A DNA stretch of 64,000 nucleotides, taken from positions 64,001 to 128,000 of the forward strand of contig CAWKNZ010000009.1 of assembly GCA_963851265.1 (NCBI GenBank), written 5' to 3'. The position numbers were made by a program, and so were the translations under genes. Positions 10,570 to 25,359 of this stretch are shown here, piece by piece; position 1 is the stretch's first letter; each line of letters opens with the position of its first letter. A model generated the notes under the pieces. The model worked only from the letters and a program-made list of their open reading frames with translations. It did no database searches and was not told where the DNA came from. This stretch comes from an uncultured Gemmatimonadales bacterium (lineage in GTDB: Bacteria > Gemmatimonadota > Gemmatimonadetes > Gemmatimonadales > Gemmatimonadaceae).

Positions 10570-12038
10570 TGACCCGGAACGGGACGGCCGGCGAGTCCGG
10601 CGCCCCCCCGGCGCCGACGACGCCGCCGACGACGGCGCTCGCGCGGGCCGAGGCGCGCGTGGAGGCGCACAGCGCCGCCCTGAAGAAGGAGCTGGGCGTG
10701 GGCGACCTCGTGCTCACGCAGATCCTCTTCATCGTCGGCCTGTCGTGGATCGGCGTGGCGGGCAAGCTCGGGCCGCCGCACGTCATGTTCTGGCTGTTCG
10801 CGATCGTCCTGTTCTACCTGCCGTCGGCCGCGGTCGTGATGTACCTCAGCCGCCTGATGCCGCTCGAGGGCGGGCTGTACCAGTGGGCGAAGCTCGGCTT
10901 CAGCGAGACGGTCGGCTTCCTGCTCGCGTGGAACCTGTGGCTGTACGTGATCGTGCACACGTCCGAGATCGGGCTGGAGTGCGCCACGTATCTCTCGTAC
11001 GCGCTGGGGCCCGGCGCGGCGTGGATGACGACGAGCACGTGGTTCGTCGCGCTGGCGACGGCGGTGCTGCTCGCACTCATGGTGGTCGCGTCGACGGTCG
11101 GGCTCGCGGTCGGCAAGTGGGTGCACAACGCGGGCGGCATCGTGATGCTGCTCGTCTTCGGCCTGCTGGTCGTGCTTCCCGTGCTCGGTCTCGCCACCGG
11201 CCACCTGCGCGAGTACCACCCGCTGCGGACGAGCGTCCCGCCCTTCACGCTCTACAACCTGAACATCCTCGGCAAGATGGGGTTCGGGGCGCTCGGCGGG
11301 TTCGAGTACGTCGCGATCCTCGCGGGCGAGACGCGGTCGCCCGCGCGGGCCGTCCGGCGGTCGGTGGTGATCGCGGCGCCGGTCATCGCGCTCATGTTCA
11401 TCCTGGGCACGAGCACCGTGGTCGCGTACATCCCGACGCGCGACATCGACTTGGTGGGGCCGCTGCCGCAGGTGCTGCGCGCGGGGTTCGGGCCGTTCGG
11501 GATCGCCGGGCAGCTGGTGACGGTCGCGATCCTGATGTCGCTCGCGATGCGCGTCGCGCAGACCAACGTGAGCTTCACCGCGGTGGCGCGCCTGCCGATG
11601 GTGGCCGGGTGGGACCGGCTGCTGCCGGAGTGGTTCAGCCGACTGCACGCGACCTACCGGACGCCGGTCAACTCGATCGTGCTGGTCGGCGTGTGCGCGT
11701 TCGGCGTCGCGCTGCTGAGCCTCGTCGGCGTCGGACAGGCGGAGGCGTTCCAGCTGCTGTTCAACGCGAGCGGCATCTTCTACGCGCTGACGTACGTGGT
11801 GATGTTCGCGATCCCGCTGTTCGGGCTGCGCGGCGTGTCGCCGCGTCCGCCGGCGTGGCTCAAGGTGGCGTCGCTGTCGGGGCTGCTGATGACGCTGCTC
11901 AACGTCGTGCTGTCGGTGATCCCGATCATCGACGTGAAGAGCGTCGCGGCATTCGCGTTCAAGATCACGCTCGTGATCGTGGTGGCGAACCTGCTGGGGG
12001 TCGGCATCCTCGTGTCGGCGCGGCGACGGTCGGCCTGA
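10569..12038 (+). CDS. APC-family amino acid permease
   Basis: About 12 TM helices; PLEGGLYQW, GFE, LAGE, LLPEWF; TGATG coupling to the SDR. Confidence 0.9.
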   Translation: MTRNGTAGESGAPPAPTTPPTTALARAEARVEAHSAALKKELGVGDLVLTQILFIVGLSWIGVAGKLGPPHVMFWLFAIVLFYLPSAAVVMYLSRLMPLEGGLYQWAKLGFSETVGFLLAWNLWLYVIVHTSEIGLECATYLSYALGPGAAWMTTSTWFVALATAVLLALMVVASTVGLAVGKWVHNAGGIVMLLVFGLLVVLPVLGLATGHLREYHPLRTSVPPFTLYNLNILGKMGFGALGGFEYVAILAGETRSPARAVRRSVVIAAPVIALMFILGTSTVVAYIPTRDIDLVGPLPQVLRAGFGPFGIAGQLVTVAILMSLAMRVAQTNVSFTAVARLPMVAGWDRLLPEWFSRLHATYRTPVNSIVLVGVCAFGVALLSLVGVGQAEAFQLLFNASGIFYALTYVVMFAIPLFGLRGVSPRPPAWLKVASLSGLLMTLLNVVLSVIPIIDVKSVAAFAFKITLVIVVANLLGVGILVSARRRSA

Positions 12039-12089
12039 CGCCGGACGCTGCCTGATGCGTGTCGTCGCCGCCGGGACCGTGCGGCAGGT

Positions 12090-15000
12090 CTAGCGGGACT
12101 CGGCGCGCTCGCGCGGCCGCGGCTCCCGGTCGCGCGCCGGTGCCGACCCGCCAATCCGGAAGAGGTCGTCCAGCGCCGCCGCGATCTCCTCTTCGAGCGC
12201 GGCGCGGTCGACCAGCGCGGCCGCCCCGATCCGCCGCCCGATCCGCGCCAGCACCGCCTCCCGCGCCTCGTCGAGCAGCTCGTACACCGTCGGCACGACG
12301 AGCAGCGTGAGAAGCGTGCTCGTGAGCGTGCCGCCGATCACCGCGATGCCCAACGGCGCGCGGAACTGCGCCCCCTCGCCGGACCCCAGCGCGACCGGGA
12401 TCATCCCCGCGATGAGGGCGAAGGTGGTCATGAGGATCGGCCGCAGCCGCGTCGCGCCGGCGTCGACGAGCGCCGCGCGCAGCCCGAGCTGCCGCTCCTC
12501 GCGCGCCGACTTGGCGAAGTCGATGAGCAGGATCGCGTTCTTGGCCACGATGCCGCAGAGGAGCATCACGCCGATCAGGCTCATGATGTTGATCGTGTCG
12601 CCCGTGACCGCGAGCGCGAACATCACGCCGACCAGCGACAGCGGCAGCGAGAGCATGATCGCGATCGGGTCGAGGAAGGAGCCGAACTGCAGGACGAGGA
12701 TCAGGTACATCAGGAGCACCGCGGTGCCGAGCGCCGCGCCGATCTCGCCGAACACCTCGTCCTGGTCCTTCGACTCGCCGCCCATCGTGACGCGCACGCC
12801 CGGCGGGAGGGCGAGCGCGCGGACCTTGCCCTCGACCTCCGCCGAGACGTCGCCGCTCGGCCGGCCGGCGGTGTTGGCCTCGACCGTGACCACGAGGTCG
12901 CGGTCGAGGTGGTCGATCACGGCGGGGCCGACGCTGCGCGTGACGCGGGCGACCTGGCCCAACGGCACCGTGGCCGCGCCGTCCGGGCCCGCGACGGCGA
13001 GCGGCAGCTCGGCGACGTCGGCGGCGCGGGCGCGCGCGCCGGGGGTGAGGCGCACCTGGACGTCGCGCATCCGGCCGCCCGGGTCCTGCCAGTCGCCGGC
13101 CTTGATCCCCGCGAAGGCGGGGCGCAGCGCCTGCGCGACCTGCCCCGCCGTGACGCCGAGCACGCCGGCGACGCCGCGGTCGAGCACTACGTTCAGCTCG
13201 GGCTTCTGTCCCTTGGTCGAGAGGCCCACGTCGACCGCGCCGGGCACGCCGCGCACCGCGGCCGCGACCTGCTCGGCCGCCCGCGAGAGCGTGGCGAGGT
13301 CCGCGCCGCGCAGCTGGAGCTGCAACTGCTTCTGCCCGCCGTCGAGGTCGTTGGTGAACACGGAGAACGTCGCGCCCGCGAGCCGCGACGTCTCACGCCG
13401 CAGCTCGGCCGCGACCGCCTCGGCGTCCTTCGCGCGGCGCTCCTTCGGGACGAGGCGGACGTAGACGTTCCCCTCGTCGACGCTCCCGCCCGCGCCGCCG
13501 CCTAACGTGACGTACGTGTAGCGCACTTCGGGGTGCGCGCGCGCGATCCGGACGGCCTCCTCGGCCTTCTCGCGCGTGTAGGCGAGGTTGGAGCCCGGCG
13601 GCGTCTCGATGGCCATCGTGAACTCCGAGCGGTCGTCGGTCGGGAAGAAGCTGACGCCGACCGGACGCCAGGCGGGCACCAGCTGCGGCCCGACAGCGAA
13701 CACCGCGACGCCGAGCGCCCCGAGGCCGAGGCGGGCGGCGACCGGCGCGCGCGCGAGGGTGAGCGCGCCGACGACCAGGCCGATCCCGGCGAGCGCGACG
13801 CCGAGCCCGGTGAGTCCCGCGGAGGGGAGGACGAAGGAGGCGAGGAAGCTGCCCACCGCCACGGTGATCATGACCGCGCGGTGGTCGAGCGCCCACGCGA
13901 TCACGTCGCGGTAGCGTTCCGACTGCCGGTCGAACCACGCGTTGAAGCGGTCGAGCGCGCGCGTGAGGCGCGATTTCTCGTCCTCGCGCACGTGCGGGTC
14001 GGGCCAGTAGGCCGAGAGCATCGGGTCGAGCGAGAAGCTGACGAACAGCGAGACGAGCACCGCGCACGCGATCGTGAGCGCGAAGGGCTTGAACCACTGC
14101 CCGCCGACCCCCGGCATGAAGCCGATCGGCACGAAGACGGCGAGGATCGAGAACGTGGTCGCGGCCACGGCGAGCCCGATCTCGTCGGTGCCCTCGTGCG
14201 CGGCCGCCACGTGGTCCTTCCCCATCTCGACGTGACGCACGATGTTCTCGCGCACGACGATCGCGTCGTCGATCAGGATCCCGATGGCGAGCGAGAGCCC
14301 GAGCAGCGACATCGTTTCGAGCTTGAAGCCGAGCAGCCAGACGGCGATGAACGAGGCGAGCACGCTCACCGGCAGCGCGAGCCCGGTGATGATCGTCGAG
14401 CGCCACGAGTTGAGGAAGACGAACACGACGAGTACGGTGAGCACGGCGCCCTCGACGAGCGCCTCCTCGACGTTCCGCACGGCGGCATCGACGCGCGTGC
14501 CGGCGTCGCGCACGAGCTCGAGCCGGGTGCCCGGCGGCAGGCGGCGCTGGATCGCGGCGACGCGCTCGCGGACCCGCTCGCCCACGTCGGTCGTGCTGTA
14601 GCCCTGCCCCTTCTTGATGTCGATGCCGACGGCCTCGCGCCCGTCGTAGAGGGCGAGCGAGCGCGCCTCCTCGGTGCCGTCGCCGACGTCGGCCACGGCG
14701 CCGAGCCGGACGAGGGCGCCGTTGCGCTGCGCGACGACGAGGTCGGCGAACTCGCGCGGGTCGACGAAGCGGCCCTTGAGCCGGATGCTGCGCTCGTCGA
14801 GTGCGCCCTCGACGCGCCCCACGGGGGCGGCGAGGTTCTGCGCCTGCAGCGCCTGGACGACGTCGCTCACGCTCACCCCGTTCGCCCTGAGCGCGTCGGG
14901 CTTGAGCAGCACCGAGATCTCGCGCACGGCCTTCCCGAACACCTGCACCTCGGCCACGCCCGGGATCGCGCGCAGCTCGCGCGTGATGCCCGGGTCGACG

Positions 15001-15467
15001 ATCGACGTGAGCGCGGCCTGCGACTGCGACGTGCTGGCGAGGGCGAGCGAGACGATCGGGCGATCGGTGTCGGAGAGCTTCTTGATCTGCGGCTCCTTCA
15101 TCTCCGCCGGCAGGTCGGCGCGGATGCCCGAGATCGCGTCGCGGATCTCCTGCGACGCCTCGTTCAGGTCCTTGCCGTACTGGAACTCGACCTGGACGCT
15201 TGCGTAGCCGTCGTAGGCCTTCCCCTGCACCTCCTTCACGCCGGCGATCGTCGCGATGTGTTCCTCGATCGGGTCGACGATCTCCTTCTCGACGCCGTCG
15301 GGCGAGGCGCCGGGATAGGCGATGTTGACCGCGACGACCACGGGCGAGACGTCGGGGTACTCGTCGGTCTTGAGCTTGAGCAGCGCGACGAGCCCGACGA
15401 GGGCGAGCGAGACCATCGCCACGAGCGTGACGAGCGGGCGCCGGATGGCGAAATCGGAGATGACCAT
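12090..15467 (-). CDS. RND efflux permease (AcrB/D/F family)
   Basis: ISDFAIRRP, YPGASP, GILIDDAIVVREN, GIVAKNAILLID, RLRPILMT. Confidence 0.95.
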   Translation of the reverse strand: MVISDFAIRRPLVTLVAMVSLALVGLVALLKLKTDEYPDVSPVVVAVNIAYPGASPDGVEKEIVDPIEEHIATIAGVKEVQGKAYDGYASVQVEFQYGKDLNEASQEIRDAISGIRADLPAEMKEPQIKKLSDTDRPIVSLALASTSQSQAALTSIVDPGITRELRAIPGVAEVQVFGKAVREISVLLKPDALRANGVSVSDVVQALQAQNLAAPVGRVEGALDERSIRLKGRFVDPREFADLVVAQRNGALVRLGAVADVGDGTEEARSLALYDGREAVGIDIKKGQGYSTTDVGERVRERVAAIQRRLPPGTRLELVRDAGTRVDAAVRNVEEALVEGAVLTVLVVFVFLNSWRSTIITGLALPVSVLASFIAVWLLGFKLETMSLLGLSLAIGILIDDAIVVRENIVRHVEMGKDHVAAAHEGTDEIGLAVAATTFSILAVFVPIGFMPGVGGQWFKPFALTIACAVLVSLFVSFSLDPMLSAYWPDPHVREDEKSRLTRALDRFNAWFDRQSERYRDVIAWALDHRAVMITVAVGSFLASFVLPSAGLTGLGVALAGIGLVVGALTLARAPVAARLGLGALGVAVFAVGPQLVPAWRPVGVSFFPTDDRSEFTMAIETPPGSNLAYTREKAEEAVRIARAHPEVRYTYVTLGGGAGGSVDEGNVYVRLVPKERRAKDAEAVAAELRRETSRLAGATFSVFTNDLDGGQKQLQLQLRGADLATLSRAAEQVAAAVRGVPGAVDVGLSTKGQKPELNVVLDRGVAGVLGVTAGQVAQALRPAFAGIKAGDWQDPGGRMRDVQVRLTPGARARAADVAELPLAVAGPDGAATVPLGQVARVTRSVGPAVIDHLDRDLVVTVEANTAGRPSGDVSAEVEGKVRALALPPGVRVTMGGESKDQDEVFGEIGAALGTAVLLMYLILVLQFGSFLDPIAIMLSLPLSLVGVMFALAVTGDTINIMSLIGVMLLCGIVAKNAILLIDFAKSAREERQLGLRAALVDAGATRLRPILMTTFALIAGMIPVALGSGEGAQFRAPLGIAVIGGTLTSTLLTLLVVPTVYELLDEAREAVLARIGRRIGAAALVDRAALEEEIAAALDDLFRIGGSAPARDREPRPRERAESR

Positions 15468-15681
15468 GGCCGCGTCGTGAAGGCGGGGTCGAACGGGGGA
15501 GGGACGGACTGCTGTCCCTGGACGATCGTCCGCCGATCCGGTCCCACGGCGGGGAGCGACTGACACGAGAACGTGGTCGCAGGCGCGCGGGCGCGGCCTA
15601 ACAGCGCGCGCCCGCCGCGGCCCGCGCCGGGGGCGCGGGCCAGCCTTCCGGGCCGTCGCGCTGTCTCAATCCGTATCCCGT

Positions 15682-15709
15682 TGTAACGCGCCGCCCCGCT
15701 GTTCCGTAC
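15682..15709 (+). promoter_or_regulatory. Putative ECF-sigma promoter TGTAAC-N17-CGTAC
   Basis: Ends 9 nt before ATG15719; identical boxes and spacing recur at 43042-43069 on the minus strand. Confidence 0.5.
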
Positions 15710-15718
15710 ATTCGAGTC

Positions 15719-17803
15719 ATGACCCACTCCGACGGCGACCCGACTGCCGACGACGGCTTCGGCGAGGCGCTCGCCGCGGCGCTCGCCCCTGCCCTCGAGC
15801 TCGAACGCGAGCTGGCCGGCGGCGCCATGGCGCGCGTGTTCGTCGCCCGCGAGGTGGCCCTCGACCGGCGCGTGGTCGCCAAGGTCCTCCCCCCGATGCT
15901 CGCCGCGGGCATCAACCGCGACCGGTTCCGCCGCGAGATCCAGCTCGCCGCGCAGCTGCAGCACCCGCACGTCGTGCCGCTCCTGGCCGCCGGCGAGGTC
16001 GGGCCCGCGACGGGCCCGGCGGCCGCCGGGGCGGTGGGCTCGCTCTACTACACGATGCCCTTCATCGAGGGCGAGTCGCTGCGGGCGGAGCTGGCCGCGC
16101 GTGCGGCGCGCGGTGCGCCATTCACCTGGCGCGAGGTGCTCCGCATCCTCCGCGACGTGGCCGAGGCGCTCGGGTACGCCCACGCGCGGGGCGTGGTCCA
16201 CCGCGACGTGAAGCCGGGCAACGTGCTGCTGCTGCACGGGCACGCCCTGGTCACCGACTTCGGAGTCGCGAAGGCGCTCGCGTCGGCATTGTCCCCGTCA
16301 CCGGCGGCCACGATGACCACGCTCGGCATGGCCATCGGCACGCCCGCCTACATGGCGCCCGAGCAGCTCGCGGCCGATCCGGCGGCCGACCACCGGATGG
16401 ACCTCTACGCCGCCGGGCTGGTCGCCTACGAGATGCTGAGCGGGGAGTCGCCGTTCGCCGCGGCGTCGCCGCAGGCCACGCTCGCCGCGCAGCTCACGCG
16501 CGTGCCGGCAGACCTCGCCGCGCTCCGCCCCGACATCCCGCCCGCGCTCGCGGCGGCGGTGATGCAGTGTCTCGCGAAGGACCCGGCCGAGCGCCCCCCT
16601 ACGGCCACCGCGCTGGTGGCCATGCTCGACGCGGTGGTGGAGGTGCCCGGCGGCGCGGCGGCCAGCGGCACCTCGCCCGCTCGCGCGGTGCGGGCGGCGC
16701 GGTGGTCCGCGCCGTCCCGCGCACGGGTGGGCGGCCTCGCTGCGGCGGTCGCGGTCGCGCTGGCGGCGGCCGGCGGTGCATGGGTCGCGCGTGGGCCCGA
16801 CCGCACCGCGGGTGTCGCGACCGCCGCGTCCATCGTGCCCGCCGCGGCGGGAGCCGCCGGACCGCGTGGCGTGGCCGGCCCGGTCGGCGCGGGGGCAGGC
16901 GGGGCGGGCGTAGTCGACGCCGGCCTCCCCGGCGCTGCGAACGGCACGCCCGGCCGCGCGGCCCTGTCGCGCGCCGACTCCGCCGCCATCGCCGCCGCGG
17001 TCGAACGCGAGTTCGAGCGGGCGGCCGTCCGGCACGCGCGCCCACCGGCCGACGAGCCGGGCGCGCCGCCGCGCTCCGTCGCCGCGCCCCCCGCGGCGAC
17101 GGTCGGGGACACCGCCGATCTGCGCCGCGCGGCGCGCACGATGGTCGCTGATTCGCTCGTCCGCATGGGCGATCGCTGGTCGCACCTCCCCCCCGAAATG
17201 GTGCGGGCGCTCGTCGGGCGGCTCGCGGCCGATGCGCCGCACGGGCCGCGCACCGGGCGGACCCGTGACCTCGACGGCGGGCAGGGGGGCCCGACGCCCG
17301 ACGACCTCGACGCGTTCGCGCCGCCGTCGGCACGCGGGCGCGCGGGCGCGTTCGCGAGCATGGCGGCCGCGCTCCCGCCCCCGACGCCGGGCGCGCGTCG
17401 CGTGGTGCTCGTGATGCTGCACGACGGCACCGGGACCCCGGCGCTCCGCGGGGTCGCGCCGTTGGTCGATGCCGCGTTGCGCGCGCAGCTCCGCACTCTG
17501 GGCACGTTCGATCTCACGGACGTCGGCCTCGGCGCGGTCATCCGGCACGAGCACGTCCCGGACGGCGAGGTCGCGCGCGCGGCGAACGCGTCCGCGGTGC
17601 TGCACGGGACCGTGATCACGGCCGGCGATCGCGTGCGGGCCATGCTCGTCGTCTACGACGCGCGGCGCGGCGTGCCGGCGATGGTCCAGGCCGACGCGCC
17701 GATCGGGAGTGCGTCGACGCCCCCCTCGCTCGCCGACGCGCTCGCCGCGCCGCTGGCGCGCGCCGTCGCGAGCGCGCTCGATGCCACGTCCGCGGGGCGC
17801 TGA
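15719..17803 (+). CDS. Hanks-type Ser/Thr kinase with TM helix and C-terminal domain
   Basis: GGAMARV, HRDVKPGN, DFG, GTPAYMAPE. Confidence 0.92.
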   Translation: MTHSDGDPTADDGFGEALAAALAPALELERELAGGAMARVFVAREVALDRRVVAKVLPPMLAAGINRDRFRREIQLAAQLQHPHVVPLLAAGEVGPATGPAAAGAVGSLYYTMPFIEGESLRAELAARAARGAPFTWREVLRILRDVAEALGYAHARGVVHRDVKPGNVLLLHGHALVTDFGVAKALASALSPSPAATMTTLGMAIGTPAYMAPEQLAADPAADHRMDLYAAGLVAYEMLSGESPFAAASPQATLAAQLTRVPADLAALRPDIPPALAAAVMQCLAKDPAERPPTATALVAMLDAVVEVPGGAAASGTSPARAVRAARWSAPSRARVGGLAAAVAVALAAAGGAWVARGPDRTAGVATAASIVPAAAGAAGPRGVAGPVGAGAGGAGVVDAGLPGAANGTPGRAALSRADSAAIAAAVEREFERAAVRHARPPADEPGAPPRSVAAPPAATVGDTADLRRAARTMVADSLVRMGDRWSHLPPEMVRALVGRLAADAPHGPRTGRTRDLDGGQGGPTPDDLDAFAPPSARGRAGAFASMAAALPPPTPGARRVVLVMLHDGTGTPALRGVAPLVDAALRAQLRTLGTFDLTDVGLGAVIRHEHVPDGEVARAANASAVLHGTVITAGDRVRAMLVVYDARRGVPAMVQADAPIGSASTPPSLADALAAPLARAVASALDATSAGR

Positions 17804-17843
17804 GCGGATCGCCTCGCGCGAACGCGTGACGCGATCGTGCGGG

Positions 17844-18434
17844 CTACGGTTCGAGCGTCGCGCCGGGTGAGGGGTCGGGCGCGCGCCGTGCGCGTACCGT
17901 CAGATAGGCCACCGTGTCCCACGCGTTGTGGATGCCGATGCAGAGCAGGACCAGCGTCATGGCCGCGACCACGAAGAGCGCGGCGTGGGGATCGCGCACC
18001 AGCCCCGCCGCGACGGCGACCCCGGCGTATGCACCCGCCGGCAGCCCCACGTGCCAGATCCAGTCTTCCAACACGGGCTGGTAGACGGTCTGGCGACGCG
18101 TACGGCGGAGAACGATGCCGACGTACCCTACCCCGATGAGCCCCGCCGCGACGAGCACGAGACGCACACCGGCGAGCGAGGGCCACGGGGCACTCAGGCC
18201 GGCCGAGAAGAGAAGCGCCGCGGCGAAATGCACCACCGTCGGCGTTCCGAACGCCGCGACGGTGTGCTCGGCGTTCCCGTCGATCGGCGTCGGCACCGAC
18301 GCCTGCCCGATGAGCGTCTGCACGACGAACTGCAACCCGGTCAGCGCCGCGGCAGCCGACCCCGTGATGACGTAGTAGTTCGCCCACGGTTCGAGCAGGG
18401 CGTGCGCCAGCTCGGGCCCGGTCACCGGCGTCAC
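17844..18434 (-). CDS. Hypothetical membrane protein (about 5 TM)
   Basis: GTG 1 nt after the AKR stop; WANYYVITGSAAAALTGLQFV...IGIHNAWD. Confidence 0.75.
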   Translation of the reverse strand: MTPVTGPELAHALLEPWANYYVITGSAAAALTGLQFVVQTLIGQASVPTPIDGNAEHTVAAFGTPTVVHFAAALLFSAGLSAPWPSLAGVRLVLVAAGLIGVGYVGIVLRRTRRQTVYQPVLEDWIWHVGLPAGAYAGVAVAAGLVRDPHAALFVVAAMTLVLLCIGIHNAWDTVAYLTVRARRAPDPSPGATLEP

Positions 18435-18435
18435 G

Positions 18436-22640
<4,205 letters not shown>

Positions 22641-22830
22641 GGGGCGTCCGTGATAGGGCCGGCGTGGAAGCGGAAGCGCTACACGCCTCGGCCACAACAA
22701 TACGCATCGCGTGTCACACCGCGAGTGAGGATCGGGTGAGGATCGGGTGATCGCGCCGCGCGATAGTCGCGTCGCCGCGTCGGACACCCCGGTTCTGCTG
22801 CGGCTCGTCCCCGACTCCTGGTGTGTACCG

Positions 22831-23790
22831 ATGCGATTCCTGAGTTTCCCCGGGCGTACGCCGCGCGAGGCACGTTGCACGCTCGGCGCGCTCGCCGTGG
22901 GCGCGCTCGCGCTCGGCGCCTGCGCCGATGGCCCCGGCGCGACGGCGCCGTCGCCGGCCGCGGCGATCGTCGCGCCGTGCGCGGCCAACCGCGCCAACCA
23001 GTCGCAGCTGCAGTTGGTGTGCAGCGCGGGGGTGACCGACGCCGTGCAGACCGGGCACGCACCGGGCGGCTCGATCTTCCGCACCGGCTTCGAGCCGCCC
23101 ACCTACACCGCAGGCCCGCTGACCGGTCAGGACGGCTGGCTCAGCATCACCCACGACGCGGCCGCGACGGTCTCCGCGGACCGGCCGCGTGAGGGCCGCC
23201 AGTCCATGCACATCGATGGCCGGCTCGTCGTGCCGATTCCGGGGCAGGACGCGACCGGTAGCGTGAACTTCCGCAATCTGTTCTACGACACCGGTGCGGC
23301 GGGAACGCCGATCGTCGACGTGCAGGCGGACGTGCGACTCGACGGGCCCCGGACGTACAGCGACGATCCCAACGACGACGCGGTCAGCGCCCGTCTCGTG
23401 GCGATCGGCCTCGACCCGGATGGTGCGCGCCGGCGCCTGGGCTTCGCCGTGGTGTCGTCGGTCGGCGCGTTTCACGCCGAAGCCGACGGTGGCCGGATCG
23501 TCGCGGCCGCGCCGACCACGCTGGGCCACGCGCACACCGTCCGGATGCGGTGCGATTTCGCGCGTCGCACCATCGAGTTCTTCCTCGACGGCCGCTCGTT
23601 AGGCACCTGGCCGTTCTTCGACGCCGCCGCCACGTCCACCGTACTCGCGAACGTGCGGCTCGACCTGCGGGCCGAGAGCACCCCGCAGTACGACGCCGCG
23701 CCATACCAGGCCTCCTTCGACAAGCTCGCCGTGCGGGTCGCGCGGCCGGGGGCAGAGCGCCCCGACCCGGACGACGACGACGGACGGTGA
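22831..23790 (+). CDS. Hypothetical lipoprotein, probable beta-sandwich
   Basis: Lipobox LGA-C; beta-rich body (GFEPPTY, GQDGW, FFLDG). Confidence 0.7.
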   Translation: MRFLSFPGRTPREARCTLGALAVGALALGACADGPGATAPSPAAAIVAPCAANRANQSQLQLVCSAGVTDAVQTGHAPGGSIFRTGFEPPTYTAGPLTGQDGWLSITHDAAATVSADRPREGRQSMHIDGRLVVPIPGQDATGSVNFRNLFYDTGAAGTPIVDVQADVRLDGPRTYSDDPNDDAVSARLVAIGLDPDGARRRLGFAVVSSVGAFHAEADGGRIVAAAPTTLGHAHTVRMRCDFARRTIEFFLDGRSLGTWPFFDAAATSTVLANVRLDLRAESTPQYDAAPYQASFDKLAVRVARPGAERPDPDDDDGR

Positions 23791-24368
23791 GCACCGTCGG
23801 TCGACGGTGGCGTGGGGTCACGCCGGTTCCACCCGGGCCGCCCCGGCGCGGGCCGGCGTCGGGCGCGCCGGGTCCGCGTTCCCGGCCGCGCGACTCGCGC
23901 GGAGGCCCGCCCGACGTTTGCGCGGTCGCGACCGTCGTCGTATCCTGGGCGCGGGTCCGGGACGGCGTGAACACCCGTGGAGAAGAGAATGGGCACGGTC
24001 AGGGGTTCGGGCACTTTCTGTTTTGGACCGGCACGCAGCTCCGGAACGTCGAGGGGCGCACGTTCCTCGTCACCCTCGTCAGGCGCGACGACCATGGGAC
24101 GTTCAACGAGTACCTGATCCGAAGGACGGTCGAGAACGACCTGGCGCGCATGGGCGCGGTGCGAGTGGCCGCCGGACGCATCCCGTCGCGCGTGCTCGCC
24201 ACGATGAGCGACGTCGACGAGCAGAGCCTCGGCGCGGGGCTCGGCGACGCCTGGAACGATCCGGTCCAGACGTGGCGGGTCCGGCGCCCGACCGGCGACC
24301 TCTGGGTGCAGTACACGGACAACTCGGCCGAGGCCTCGCCGGCGGTGGTCGAGGCGCGGCCCGACTGA
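23787..24368 (+). CDS. Hypothetical protein; start uncertain
   Basis: C-terminal half of ORF 23550-24368 is protein-like; possible GTGA overlap start. Confidence 0.4.
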   Translation: MSTVGRRWRGVTPVPPGPPRRGPASGAPGPRSRPRDSRGGPPDVCAVATVVVSWARVRDGVNTRGEENGHGQGFGHFLFWTGTQLRNVEGRTFLVTLVRRDDHGTFNEYLIRRTVENDLARMGAVRVAAGRIPSRVLATMSDVDEQSLGAGLGDAWNDPVQTWRVRRPTGDLWVQYTDNSAEASPAVVEARPD

Positions 24369-24438
24369 CCGGTTCGCGGTCCGGCGCGCGTGAACCCGTC
24401 CGGCCGCACCGAGCGCGACGTCCCGAGCAGAATCAGCC

Positions 24439-25359
24439 ATGACACACACGAACGGTCACGCGAGCGCCGACAACGCGTCGCCGGCGCGTGACGCGTGACG
24501 CCCGGCGCGTGACGCGCCGACGCTCGCCGCATCGGACCCATTCACGTCGTTCAAGGCCGCCCAGCGCGACGTGTGGGCCGGCTTCGCCGTGAACGAGGCG
24601 GCGACCACGCCTCCTGCCGCTGCCCTCGTCGGGTTCGCCGCGGTGCGCCCGGGCGAGACGGTGCTCGACGTGGGGTGCGGCACGGGTGTCGTGGCGCTCA
24701 CCGCGGCCCGCGTCGGCGCGCACGCAACGGGGCTCGACCTCACGCCCGCCCTGCTCGAGCGCGCCCGCGAGCACGCCCGGATCGTACAGCTCGCCGTCAC
24801 GTTCGACGAGGGTGATGCCGAGTCGCTCCCCTACCCCGACGCGGCGTTCGACGTGGTGCTCAGCCAGTTCGGCCACATGTTCGCGCCACGACCCGAGGTC
24901 GCGACCGCAGAGATGCTCCGCGTGCTGAAGCCCGGCGGGCGGATCGCCTTCTCGACCTGGCCGCCGGAACACGGGATGGGCCAGCTGTTCGCCCTGCTCG
25001 GTCGGTACCAGCAGCTGCTGCAGCCGCCCGCCCCCGGCGCGCCTCCCCCCGGCGCGCCCGCCCCCGCCGCGCCGGCGCGGTGGGGCGACCCGGCCGTCGT
25101 ACGCGAGCGGCTCGGCGAGGCCGTGACCGACCTGCGGTTCGACCGGGGCGTGATGGCGACTCCGGCGCTCAGCCCCCGGCATGCGCTGGCCTTTCTCGGC
25201 GCCACGTTCGGCCCGCTCGTCCGGATCGTCGCCGGGCTGGACGCGCAACCGGAGCGCGTCGCGCAGCTGCGCGACGAGGTCCTCGCGCTGCTGGACGGGA
25301 TCTTCGTCGACAACACGCTGCGGCAGCATTTCCTGATGACACGCGCCCTCAAGCGCTAA
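24439..25359 (+). pseudogene. Class I SAM methyltransferase with in-frame TGA near the N-terminus (or truncated CDS from GTG24571)
   Basis: VLDVGCGTG, GDAESLPY, VLKPGG; ATG24439 is in frame but TGA at 24496-24498 lies in a local duplication. Confidence 0.7.

Noticed and set aside
24496..24498. TGA as selenocysteine
   Set aside because: It lies in a low-complexity leader inside a duplication, not at a Cys-equivalent position
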